From a bacterium (GTDB lineage: Bacteria > Chloroflexota > Dormibacteria > Aeolococcales > Bog-877): a stretch of 64,000 nt of DNA. The notes under the pieces were generated by a model. The model was given only the letters and a program-made list of their open reading frames with translations, was not told the DNA's origin and ran no database searches. The stretch spans positions 5,348 to 69,347 of the forward strand of contig JAJYWQ010000041.1 of the NCBI GenBank assembly GCA_021791415.1, in the 5' to 3' direction. Position numbers and translations under genes: made by a program. Below are positions 55,223 through 63,338 of this stretch, piece after piece (within the stretch, counting starts at the first letter, position 1; the number at the start of each line of letters is the position of its first letter).

Positions 55223-55597
55223 GTGAGCACGGCCGACCTGGCGCCGGGAACCCGGCCATCCCACAAGCGTCCGGCGCACCTGCCCCTGCGGACCTGCGTG
55301 GGCTGCCGCGAGAGGCGCTCAAAGTGGGAGATGATCCGGTTGTGCCGGACCGGTGAGACCATGGACCTGGACCCAGAGGGGAAGGCCGCCGGACGGGGGG
55401 CATACATCTGTGCCAAGATGGAGTGCTGGGAGGCGGCCAAGCGTAGGCGGGCGTTGCAGCGGGCGCTGCGCCTTCCGGCCGGAGTGCCAGTTCCCGGCCG
55501 TGTGGCTGGCCTGGTGGCCGGTATGATCTCCAATTCGACCCCAGAGACCGGATGGGGCCCCGCCCAGGGGCCGGAGGAAGTGCTATCGCGAAGCTGA
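55223..55597 (+). CDS. rnpM: YlxR/RnpM family (DUF448) RNA-binding protein
   Basis: PLRTCVGCRERRSKWEMIRL...GRGAYIC; classic nusA-ylxR-infB position. Start GTG 55223 is tentative. Confidence 0.75.
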   Translation: MSTADLAPGTRPSHKRPAHLPLRTCVGCRERRSKWEMIRLCRTGETMDLDPEGKAAGRGAYICAKMECWEAAKRRRALQRALRLPAGVPVPGRVAGLVAGMISNSTPETGWGPAQGPEEVLSRS

Positions 55598-57336
55598 AGA
55601 GGGTGGAACTCCCCGACAATCTCACGGTCAAGTCGCTGGCCGAGGCTCTCGGGGTTTCCTCCGCTGAGGTGTCGAAGGCCCTGCTGCAGCGGGGAATCCT
55701 GGCCACCATCAACCAGTCCATCGATCTCGGCACCGCTCGGCTGGTGGCCGAGGCGCTGGAGATCGAGTTGGCCGAGGCCGCCGCGCAGGAGGCACCGGCC
55801 AGCGCGCGGGTGGTTCGCGATGGAGGCCGGAAGGGCCTCTCGCCCCGGCCCCCCGTGGTGACGGTCCTGGGGCATGTGGACCACGGCAAGACCAGCCTGC
55901 TGGATGCCATCCGCGAGTCCAACGTGGCGGCGCGGGAGGCCGGCGGCATCACCCAGAGGATCGGTGCATCGGTGGTGCGGCGGGAGGGGAGGCTGATCAC
56001 CTTCATCGACACCCCGGGCCACGCTGCCTTCACCGCAATGCGGGCCAGGGGTGCCAACATCACCGACCTGGCGGTGCTGGTCGTGGCCGCCAACGATGGG
56101 GTGATGCCGCAGACCGAGGAGGCCATCCAGCACGTGCGCAACTCCGGGGTCCCCATCCTGGTGGCCATCAACAAGATCGACCTGGAGGATGCCCACCCCG
56201 ACCGGGTGAAGCAGCAGCTCGCCGAGCACGGGGTGGTGGTGGAGGACTTCGGCGGAGACGTGGTCAGCGTCCCCGTCTCCGCGAAGACCGGAGAGGGCTT
56301 GGACCACCTCCTGGAGATGATCCTTCTGGTCACCGACCTCAATCCCCCGATGGCCGATCCGAACGCTCCTGCGGAGGCCGTGGTGATCGACTCCCAGATG
56401 GACAGGGGCCGGGGGCCGGTGGCGTCGGTCCTGGTGCAGGAAGGGACCCTGCGCCGCCAGGACCACTTCGTGGTGGGGGCGGTCGCCGGACGGGTCCGGG
56501 ACCTCATAGACGACACCGGCAAGCGCATCGACGGTTGCTCTCCCGGGCTTCCCGCTCAGGTGGCCGGTCTGCCCGAGGTGGCGGTCGCGGGGGACCGGCT
56601 TCTGGTGGTGGCCAGCGAGAAGGAGGCGAAGGCGCGGGCCGAGGCCGCCAGGGCGGCTGTACGCCAGGGGCGCGTGGACGCCCGCCGGGTGAGCCTGGCG
56701 GAGCTCAGCCGCCAGGGCGAGGAGCAGCTTCGCGACCTGGATCTGGTGGTGAAGGCGGACACCCACGGGGCCCTGGAGGCGCTCCGTTCCACTCTGGTCA
56801 AGTTCTCCGACCCCACAGTCCGCCTGAGGCTGGTCTACGAGGGCGTTGGCCCCATAAGCGAGGCCGACGTCGATCTGGCGGCGGCCGCCAACGCCATCGT
56901 CGTGGGCTTCAACGTCCGGCCCGATGTGGGCGCGCGGGCGGCCGCCGAGCGGCAGGGAATCGACGTGCGGACCTACGACGTGGTCTACCAGATCACCGAT
57001 GACATCGAGCGGGCCATCCAAGGCATGCACGAGCCCACCTTCGAGGAGGTGTTCGAAGGCCGGGCCGAGGTCAAGATGCGGATCCGCGTGCCCCGGAGCG
57101 GCATGATCGCCGGCTCGCAGGTGACCGAGGGCAAGCTCACCAGAGGCTCGACCGTGGTGGTCAGACGGGATGGCAAGGAGGTGCAGCGGGCCCGGATCGA
57201 GTCCCTGCGCCGGTTCAAGGACGACGTGCGCGAGGTGGCCGCCGGGTACGAGTGCGGCATCGACCTGGGCGCCTACCAGGACTTCGCAGAGGGTGACGTT
57301 CTGGAGTCCTATGTGGTGCAGCAGCGCAATCGCTGA
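55552..57336 (+). CDS. infB: Translation initiation factor IF-2 (short N-terminal form)
   Basis: RPPVVTVLGHVDHGKTSLLD, DTPGHAAF, NKID, C-terminal domains. Confidence 0.95.
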   Translation: MGPRPGAGGSAIAKLKRVELPDNLTVKSLAEALGVSSAEVSKALLQRGILATINQSIDLGTARLVAEALEIELAEAAAQEAPASARVVRDGGRKGLSPRPPVVTVLGHVDHGKTSLLDAIRESNVAAREAGGITQRIGASVVRREGRLITFIDTPGHAAFTAMRARGANITDLAVLVVAANDGVMPQTEEAIQHVRNSGVPILVAINKIDLEDAHPDRVKQQLAEHGVVVEDFGGDVVSVPVSAKTGEGLDHLLEMILLVTDLNPPMADPNAPAEAVVIDSQMDRGRGPVASVLVQEGTLRRQDHFVVGAVAGRVRDLIDDTGKRIDGCSPGLPAQVAGLPEVAVAGDRLLVVASEKEAKARAEAARAAVRQGRVDARRVSLAELSRQGEEQLRDLDLVVKADTHGALEALRSTLVKFSDPTVRLRLVYEGVGPISEADVDLAAAANAIVVGFNVRPDVGARAAAERQGIDVRTYDVVYQITDDIERAIQGMHEPTFEEVFEGRAEVKMRIRVPRSGMIAGSQVTEGKLTRGSTVVVRRDGKEVQRARIESLRRFKDDVREVAAGYECGIDLGAYQDFAEGDVLESYVVQQRNR

Positions 57337-57357
57337 CGGCGGTGGCGGGGTCGGCAG

Positions 57358-57738
57358 ATGAGCCCTGCCTCCCCGAGCCACCGGCGGGAGCGGCTGAACG
57401 CGCAGCTGCGCCAGGAGCTGGCGTTGGCTCTCGCCCAGGACGTGAAGGACCCCCGGCTGAGCCTGGTGTCGGTGCTCGAGGTGGACTGTGCTCCCGACCT
57501 GTCGGTGGCGTTGGTGCGGGTGAGCTCCCTGGGGGACGACGCCGAGCGGCGGCGCAACCTGGTCGCCCTCAAGGGGATGACCGGGTACCTGCGGCACCTT
57601 CTCGGCGATCGGCTGGAGAACCTCCGGCGGGTCCCCAGGCTCGACTTTCGGCTGGACGACTCGATAGTCCGCGGCACCAGGGTGAACCAGCTGCTCCACT
57701 CCCTGGCCTCCGAACCCGGGTCTTCTCCCGATGATTGA
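57358..57738 (+). CDS. rbfA: Ribosome-binding factor A
   Basis: RRERLNAQLRQELALALAQDVKDPRL..VSVLEVDCAPDLSVALV. Confidence 0.9.
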   Translation: MSPASPSHRRERLNAQLRQELALALAQDVKDPRLSLVSVLEVDCAPDLSVALVRVSSLGDDAERRRNLVALKGMTGYLRHLLGDRLENLRRVPRLDFRLDDSIVRGTRVNQLLHSLASEPGSSPDD

Positions 57739-58705
57739 GAGCCTGCCGGCGATCACCGCGGCTCTGGACGAGCAGGAGGACTTCGTGCTGGTCGCCCACC
57801 AGGACGCTGACGCTGACTCATTGGGGTCCGCCCTGGCCTTTGCCGAGTATCTTGACCAAAGGGGAAAGCGGGTTGCCGTTCTGGCTCCCAAGCCGGTTCC
57901 CCAGGGGCTCTCCTACCTGCCCGGATTCGCCCGCGTGAATCGGGAGGAAATCTCTGCGGGATCCACCGTGATCGCCTTCGACGCCGGCAGTCCGTCGCGC
58001 TTCGGCGACCTGGGGCCGCGCATCGCCGAGGCTCCTCTCACCATCCTCTTCGACCACCACATCAGCAATGACGGGTTTGGCGATCTCGGGGTGGTCGACC
58101 GTCAGGCTGCGGCCACCGGAATGGTGGTGCTGTCCCTGCTGCAGAGCTGGGGGGCGGAGATCACGCCGGACATGGCGACCAACCTGTACGCGGCCATCTT
58201 CACCGACACCGGTGGGTTCCGGCACGACAACACCTCCGGGCCGGTCCTGCACGCGGCAGCCGAGTTGGTGGATCTGGGGGCTGACCCGGCCTTCGTGGCG
58301 CTGCGCTCGTACAAGTGGAGGCCCGCCTCCACCCTGCGTCTGCAGGCGCTGGCCGCCAGCGCCGCCCGCTACGAGCTGGACGGCCGACTCATCTGGACGG
58401 CCGTGACCCAGCGGATGCTGCGGGAGGCGGGAGCGGCGCTGGAAGAGACCGAAGGGATCATCGACCTGCTTCAGACCCTGGACACCATGCTTTGCGCCGT
58501 CCTGTTCAAGGAGGCGGGGGAGGGGGTGACCAAGGTGAGCCTCAGGACGCGCGGGCGGCTGGCGGCCCACGAGCTGGTGGCCGACCTCGGCGGTGGGGGA
58601 CACTTCCGGGCGGCAGGCGCCGAGCTCCATTCGGGTCTGCTGGAGGCCGAGGAGGCCGTGCTGCGGCGAGCGCGAGCCGCGGTGCTGGAGGCGGGCGCGG
58701 AGTGA
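57731..58705 (+). CDS. nrnA: DHH/DHHA1 family phosphoesterase (NrnA-type oligoribonuclease / pAp phosphatase)
   Basis: HQDADADSLGS, FDHHISN (DHH), GGGGHFRAAG (GGGH). Confidence 0.8.
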   Translation: MIESLPAITAALDEQEDFVLVAHQDADADSLGSALAFAEYLDQRGKRVAVLAPKPVPQGLSYLPGFARVNREEISAGSTVIAFDAGSPSRFGDLGPRIAEAPLTILFDHHISNDGFGDLGVVDRQAAATGMVVLSLLQSWGAEITPDMATNLYAAIFTDTGGFRHDNTSGPVLHAAAELVDLGADPAFVALRSYKWRPASTLRLQALAASAARYELDGRLIWTAVTQRMLREAGAALEETEGIIDLLQTLDTMLCAVLFKEAGEGVTKVSLRTRGRLAAHELVADLGGGGHFRAAGAELHSGLLEAEEAVLRRARAAVLEAGAE

Positions 58706-59658
58706 CAGCTCCGGTGGACGTGCTCCCCAACCCGCTCCGCCGCACCGGCCGACCGCCGGGGGTGACCGGGGTGCTCAATCTGGCCAAGCCAGCCGGGATC
58801 ACCTCGTTCGCCGCCATCCGGGACGCCAGACGGGCGCTCGGCGAGCGACACATCGGGCACGCCGGCACCCTCGACCCGGCGGCCACCGGGGTGCTGCCGC
58901 TGTGCGTGGGGCGGGCCACCCGACTCGTGGAGTACATCCTGCGCGAGCCCAAGACCTACAGGGCGCGCCTCCGGCTGGGCGAGACGTCCGACACCGGGGA
59001 TCTCGAGGGGGAAGTCCGGCCCGGCTCCTCCGCCGCGGCGCTGGACCGAACCCAGGTGGAGCAGGCGCTGGCGGGGTTCGTGGGCAGGATCGAGCAGGTC
59101 CCCCCGATGCATTCCGCCGTGCGCCACCAGGGGCGCCACCTCTACGAGCTGGCCCGGCAGGGGGTGACCGTGGAGCGTAGGCCCCGGGTTGCCGAGATCC
59201 ACAGCATCCAGGTCCTGTCGTTCACCCCCGGCGAGGTGGCAGAGGCCGAGGTCGAGGTGGTCTGCGGCAAGGGTACCTACCTCAGGGTGCTGGCCACCGA
59301 CCTCGGGGAGCGGCTGTCCGTAGGGGGGGTGCTGGGGTGGTTGGAGCGGACCGCCTACGGACCCTTCCATCTGGAGCAGGCGGTTTCGGTCTCCCAACTG
59401 CTGGAGGCGGACGATCCCCGGTCGCTCCTCCTGCCCCCGGAGGCCGCGGTGGAGCGGATGCCTCGGGTCGACCTCCTGCCCGGAGCCGCCGCCGCCGTCC
59501 AGCGCGGACAAGGGGCCTGGCTGCAGCGGGGTCCCCAGGGAGAGCAGGCGGCGGGGGAGGTGAGGGCCCATGGTCCGGACGGCCGGCTCCTGGCGGTGGG
59601 CACCCTCGCCGGCCTGCGATTCCAGCCTCTCAAGGTGATCGCCCCCGTCGGTGGCTGA
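58702..59658 (+). CDS. truB: tRNA pseudouridine(55) synthase
   Basis: GVLNLAKPAGITS, GHAGTLDPAATGVLPL, PPMHSAV, C-terminal PUA-like part. GTG 58702 overlaps the nrnA stop. Confidence 0.9.
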   Translation: MTAPVDVLPNPLRRTGRPPGVTGVLNLAKPAGITSFAAIRDARRALGERHIGHAGTLDPAATGVLPLCVGRATRLVEYILREPKTYRARLRLGETSDTGDLEGEVRPGSSAAALDRTQVEQALAGFVGRIEQVPPMHSAVRHQGRHLYELARQGVTVERRPRVAEIHSIQVLSFTPGEVAEAEVEVVCGKGTYLRVLATDLGERLSVGGVLGWLERTAYGPFHLEQAVSVSQLLEADDPRSLLLPPEAAVERMPRVDLLPGAAAAVQRGQGAWLQRGPQGEQAAGEVRAHGPDGRLLAVGTLAGLRFQPLKVIAPVGG

Positions 59659-60610
59659 CCTGGGGGTCGGGGTGCCGGCCGTCTTCGGGACCCCACTGAA
59701 CGGTGTGCCCGCCGAGGGCCCGGCGGCCGTCGTGGCGGTGGGGAATTTCGACGGGGTGCATCTGGGCCACCAGCGGCTCCTCCAGGCGGCGCGCGAGATG
59801 GCCGGCCGCCGGGGGACGGTGGTGGCCGTGACCTTCGAGCCCCATCCGGCGCACCTCCTGCGCCCGCAGTCGGTGCCCGGCCTTCTCACGCCGCTGCGCC
59901 TCCGCCGGCGCCTGCTGGCCGAGGCCGGCGTGGATCAGGTGCTGGTCATTCCCTTCAACGACCGTCTGCGGGCGCAGGAGCCGGGGGAGTTCCTCTCGCG
60001 CTTGCGCCATCACCTGGCGGTCGTCGGGTTGGCAGCCGGTCCTCGGCTCTCCCTGGGTCGGGACGGAACCGGGGGTGTGGACTTCGTCCGTGCCTATGCC
60101 GCGAAGCACCGGCTCAGGCTCGAGGTCGTGGACCAGGTGGTGGTGGGTGGGGTGGCCGTGAGCAGCTCGGAGCTTCGGCGCCTGCTCCAGCAGGGCCGGG
60201 TCTTCGAGTACCCGCTCCTCACCGGTCACCCCTTCCAGGTGATGGGGGAGGTGGTCAGGGGCGACGGGCTGGGCCGGGTCCTGGGCTTCCCGACCGCCAA
60301 TCTCCGGACCCTGCCGGCCCAGCTCCTACCCCCCGATGGTGTCTACGTCATGACCTGGAGGCCGGCCGCGGGGGGAGAGTCACGGCCGGCGGTGGGAAGC
60401 GTCGGCATGCGGCCGCACTTCTCCGGTCGCGACCGGCGCTTCGAGGTCCACGGGCTCGGTCCCACCCCCGACCTCTATGGCCAGGAGCTGATAGCGGAGG
60501 TCCTGGAGCGAGTCCGGGGCCAGGAGACCTTCCGCTCCGACGCGGAGCTGGTGGCGAGGATGGCGGAGGACCGCCGCCAGGCGGAGGAGTTCTTCTCGAA
60601 ACGGCCCTGA
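59651..60610 (+). CDS. ribF: Bifunctional riboflavin kinase / FMN adenylyltransferase
   Basis: VAVGNFDGVHLGHQ, GRVLGFPTAN, FEVHGLGPTPDLYGQEL. Confidence 0.9.
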   Translation: MADLGVGVPAVFGTPLNGVPAEGPAAVVAVGNFDGVHLGHQRLLQAAREMAGRRGTVVAVTFEPHPAHLLRPQSVPGLLTPLRLRRRLLAEAGVDQVLVIPFNDRLRAQEPGEFLSRLRHHLAVVGLAAGPRLSLGRDGTGGVDFVRAYAAKHRLRLEVVDQVVVGGVAVSSSELRRLLQQGRVFEYPLLTGHPFQVMGEVVRGDGLGRVLGFPTANLRTLPAQLLPPDGVYVMTWRPAAGGESRPAVGSVGMRPHFSGRDRRFEVHGLGPTPDLYGQELIAEVLERVRGQETFRSDAELVARMAEDRRQAEEFFSKRP

Positions 60611-60622
60611 AGGGCCCGCGGA

Positions 60623-60877
60623 TCAGGCCGTGCGGGGCCGGGTGCCCGCCGAGGCCAGGGCGGCGAGGATCACCGCCAGCACGATCGCCACCAGAATGCT
60701 CCCGTACTTGCCGGAGGTGTGGCCCTCTCCCAGGATCGCCAGGGTGACGAAGCCACCGATGAGGCTCCCGGCCAGGCCGGCGATGACCCGGACGGTGGCC
60801 GCAGCTCCCCGCGACTGGCGGATGTAGAGGGCCCCGATGACAACCCCGATGACGATGAAGGCGATGACGTGGAGCAC
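60623..60877 (-). CDS. GlsB/YeaQ/YmgE family stress-response membrane protein
   Basis: VLHVIAFIVIGVVIGAL...IAGLAGSLIGGFV; three Gly-rich TM helices. GTG 60877 with GGGAGG 9 nt upstream preferred over the track start 60949. Confidence 0.8.
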   Translation of the reverse strand: MLHVIAFIVIGVVIGALYIRQSRGAAATVRVIAGLAGSLIGGFVTLAILGEGHTSGKYGSILVAIVLAVILAALASAGTRPRTA

Positions 60878-60961
60878 TTGGTTCAACCTCCCTCTGGCAG
60901 TGACGACGGCTCTGGCGTGGACGCGGAACTGGAATTTAGCAGAGCGCAACCTTCAAGATGT

Positions 60962-60999
60962 GGGGCGCCTGCGGGCCGCAGCGGCTTGGGCTGCGCCCC
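60962..60999 (-). terminator. GC-rich hairpin downstream of pspA copy 1 (no clear U-tract)
   Basis: GGGGCGC (60962-60968) pairs with GCGCCCC (60993-60999) with an inner CTGC/GCAG stem; lies 10 nt after the stop on the minus strand. Confidence 0.25.
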
Positions 61000-61008
61000 G
61001 AAGGCCGC

Positions 61009-61674
61009 TCATCCCTGGGTGACTCTCGGCTGACGGATCGTCTCATCTCCGCCTGTGCCAATGGTAGCGGTGTGGGAGGTGGCCACGAGCTGGTCGATGG
61101 CCGCCGCCCGAGCCTGCATCTCCCGCGTGCGCTCCCGGGCCGCCTCCAGCATCCGGCCCACGTCCCCCATCTCCCGGGAGATCCCGGTCATCGACTCGCC
61201 GATGCGCGCTGAGGCCCGGGCCGCGGAGTACTGGGCCCGGAACACGTCCTTCTGGCTGCGGAAGCCCTCCACCCTTGCCTTGAGGCGCTGGGTTGCCAGC
61301 TCCAGGCGCGCCTCCTGCTCTCGGAGGCCAGCCACCTGCAGCTCCAGGGAGGCGAGCTGGGCGGCGGCGGCCTGGGCCCTGGTGAGGAAGATCCTGGCCA
61401 GGTCCTCGCGCCCGGATAGGAGGGCCTGGCGGGCGTGCTCCCGGAGCCGACCCTGGCTCTCGCGAAACCTCTTGGCCTGGAGCTCCAGCCGCTTGTGGGA
61501 GGTCACCACCTCGGCGATCCCCCGGCGGGCTTGCTGGAGGGCGTCGGCCTGTCTGCGGTAGGCGGCTTCCAAGGCCTCGAGGGGATCTTCGGTCCGGCTA
61601 CCCAGGGCGTGGGCCCGTTGAAAGACCAGGCGGGCCAGGCGATGGCCCACCTTGGTCCGCAGCCCGAGACCCAA
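61009..61674 (-). CDS. pspA: PspA/IM30 family protein, copy 1
   Basis: ...RLARLVFQRAHALGSRTEDPLEALEAAYRRQ... then long coiled coil (QAKRFRESQGRLREHARQAL...) and C-terminal MQARAAAIDQLV. Start ambiguous: TTG 61674 (MGLGLRTK...), GTG 61650, or an upstream TTG (about 61716) after GGAGG. Confidence 0.85.
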   Translation of the reverse strand: MGLGLRTKVGHRLARLVFQRAHALGSRTEDPLEALEAAYRRQADALQQARRGIAEVVTSHKRLELQAKRFRESQGRLREHARQALLSGREDLARIFLTRAQAAAAQLASLELQVAGLREQEARLELATQRLKARVEGFRSQKDVFRAQYSAARASARIGESMTGISREMGDVGRMLEAARERTREMQARAAAIDQLVATSHTATIGTGGDETIRQPRVTQG

Positions 61675-61813
61675 CAGGGCGAGGATGAGGCCGCCCGCCA
61701 GGGCATCGACAAACAACGGCTGAACCACCTCCGCGACCTGCTCTCGGCCATGGTAGCGCCGTTGGCCAAGCGGCCCCGAAGATGCCTCTCTGCGTCGGTT
61801 CCCAGGAAACGGG

Positions 61814-61821
61814 TATATAGA
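61814..61821 (+). promoter_or_regulatory. TATATAGA -10-like element 7-9 nt before the htpX ATG (possible leaderless or very short leader)
   Basis: GGGTATATAGAGGTTGCATG; AT-rich octamer in a GC-rich 153-bp divergent region shared with pspA copy 1. Confidence 0.25.
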
Positions 61822-61827
61822 GGTTGC

Positions 61828-62751
61828 ATGCAGCGCAAATTGGGCACCGACGTCGGGCTCACGGCCCGGATGTTCCTCACCCTGTTCCTCTTGGCGGTCG
61901 TCTACCTGGCCTTCATCGGGGTCCTGCTGCTGCTGCACACGGGCATCGTCACCATCGTGGTGGTGGTGGCCGTGCTGCTGGTGGCCCAGTACTACTTCTC
62001 GGACCGCATGGTGCTCTCCGCGCTCCACGCCCAGGTCGTCACCCCCCAGCAGTACCCCCAGCTGCATGACATCGTGGGCCGGCTGGCCCAGCTCACCGGT
62101 ATGCCCATGCCCAAGGTGGCTGTCATCCCGTCCCGGGTGCCCAACGCGCTGGCCACCGGTCGCAACCCTAAGAACGCCGTGGTGGCCGTGACCACGGGCA
62201 TCCTCGACCAGCTGGAGCCCAAGGAGCTGGAGGCGGTGCTGGCCCACGAATTCAGCCATGTGATCCACCGTGACGTGAAGGTCATGGCCATGGCCGGGTT
62301 CTTCGCCACCGTGGCCTCCCTCATCGTGCAGTCGGGGATGTGGTTCGGCATGTTCGGCGGCTTCGGCTACGGCGGTGGGTACGGCCGCGGGCGGGGCTCG
62401 GACGAAGGGGAGGGGATGATCGTCATCATCCTGGTGGCGGCGGTCGTGTGGGCCATCAGCTTCGTCCTGATCAGGGCCCTCTCCCGCTACCGGGAATACG
62501 CCGCCGACCGGGGGTCGGCGATCATCACCCAGGAGCCGTCCCAGCTCGCCTCGGCGCTGCAGAAGATCAGCGGAGTGATGACCAGGATCCCCAGCCGGGA
62601 CCTCCGGCAGGTGCAGTCAGCCAACGCCTTCATGATCTTCCCGGCCATCGCTGCTGGCAAGGGGAGCCTGGCGGAGGTGTTCTCCACCCACCCCTCGCTG
62701 GAGCACCGGCTGGCCAAGCTCCGCGAGCTGGAGGCGAAGATTTCCGGTTAG
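61828..62751 (+). CDS. htpX: Zinc metalloprotease HtpX (M48B)
   Basis: Two N-terminal TM helices, HEFSHVIHRD (HExxH), Gly-rich loop, two further TM helices, EYAADRGSA. Confidence 0.9.
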   Translation: MQRKLGTDVGLTARMFLTLFLLAVVYLAFIGVLLLLHTGIVTIVVVVAVLLVAQYYFSDRMVLSALHAQVVTPQQYPQLHDIVGRLAQLTGMPMPKVAVIPSRVPNALATGRNPKNAVVAVTTGILDQLEPKELEAVLAHEFSHVIHRDVKVMAMAGFFATVASLIVQSGMWFGMFGGFGYGGGYGRGRGSDEGEGMIVIILVAAVVWAISFVLIRALSRYREYAADRGSAIITQEPSQLASALQKISGVMTRIPSRDLRQVQSANAFMIFPAIAAGKGSLAEVFSTHPSLEHRLAKLRELEAKISG

Positions 62752-62760
62752 AGTTGGGGC

Positions 62761-63336
62761 GTGGGATTCCTCGACTCGATCCTCGGCCGGACCAAGCTTC
62801 CCAAATCCAACGAAGACAAGATCTTCGCCATGAGCACCGCCATGCTCACCCTGGAGACCGCGGCCGGGCTCCAGCCCACAGGGCGGGTGGGGGTGGTGTT
62901 CCGCTCCCTCCCCAGCGGACGGTTCCAGCGGCTGACCGCCGACACGGTGGCCATGCTCGGCTTGCAGGACAAGGCGTCCCCGGAGGACGCCCTCACGGTG
63001 CGCGAGGTCAAGGACGACCTGGGGTTCGAATGGCTTCTGGTGGAGGGCAAGCAATTCGACACCACGCTGGCCGCCCTGCACGCTGTCGCCACGGGGCTCT
63101 TGGACGAGGGGCTGGGGGACTGCCTGCTGGCGGCGGTCTTCCCCTTCACCTCGGCCTCTGGGCCGGTCTACTGGATCTACGGCTACAAGGAGGCCACCTT
63201 CTACCCCTTCGTTCCCACCGGGGACCGCCGTCGGGACAACGCCACCGAGATGCGGCTGGCGGCGGTGGCCAAGGAGGACCTACCCGTGGAGCCCGACCTG
63301 GAGCGCTGGTACGCCCTCTGGGGCGTGCCGGTCTGA
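62761..63336 (+). CDS. Soluble 191-aa protein of unknown function, 9 nt after htpX (possibly one of the described PspA-associated families)
   Basis: MGFLDSILGRTKLPKS...GFEWLLVEG...VYWIYGYKEATFYPFVP...LERWYALWGVPV. No TM helix; high GC3 frame; aromatic-rich C-terminal half. Confidence 0.7.
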   Translation: MGFLDSILGRTKLPKSNEDKIFAMSTAMLTLETAAGLQPTGRVGVVFRSLPSGRFQRLTADTVAMLGLQDKASPEDALTVREVKDDLGFEWLLVEGKQFDTTLAALHAVATGLLDEGLGDCLLAAVFPFTSASGPVYWIYGYKEATFYPFVPTGDRRRDNATEMRLAAVAKEDLPVEPDLERWYALWGVPV

Positions 63337-63338
63337 GC

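Noticed and set aside
54841-57891. 1016-aa and 646-aa (54588-56528) ORFs antisense to nusA/ylxR/infB/rbfA
   Set aside because: Same GC3 artefact: low-complexity translation, no start context, and full overlap with conserved genes.
61675-62268. Extension of the pspA ORF across the htpX start (419-aa track ORF)
   Set aside because: The region beyond about 61716 is antisense to htpX and has no PspA similarity. Only the last ~221-235 aa are PspA-like.
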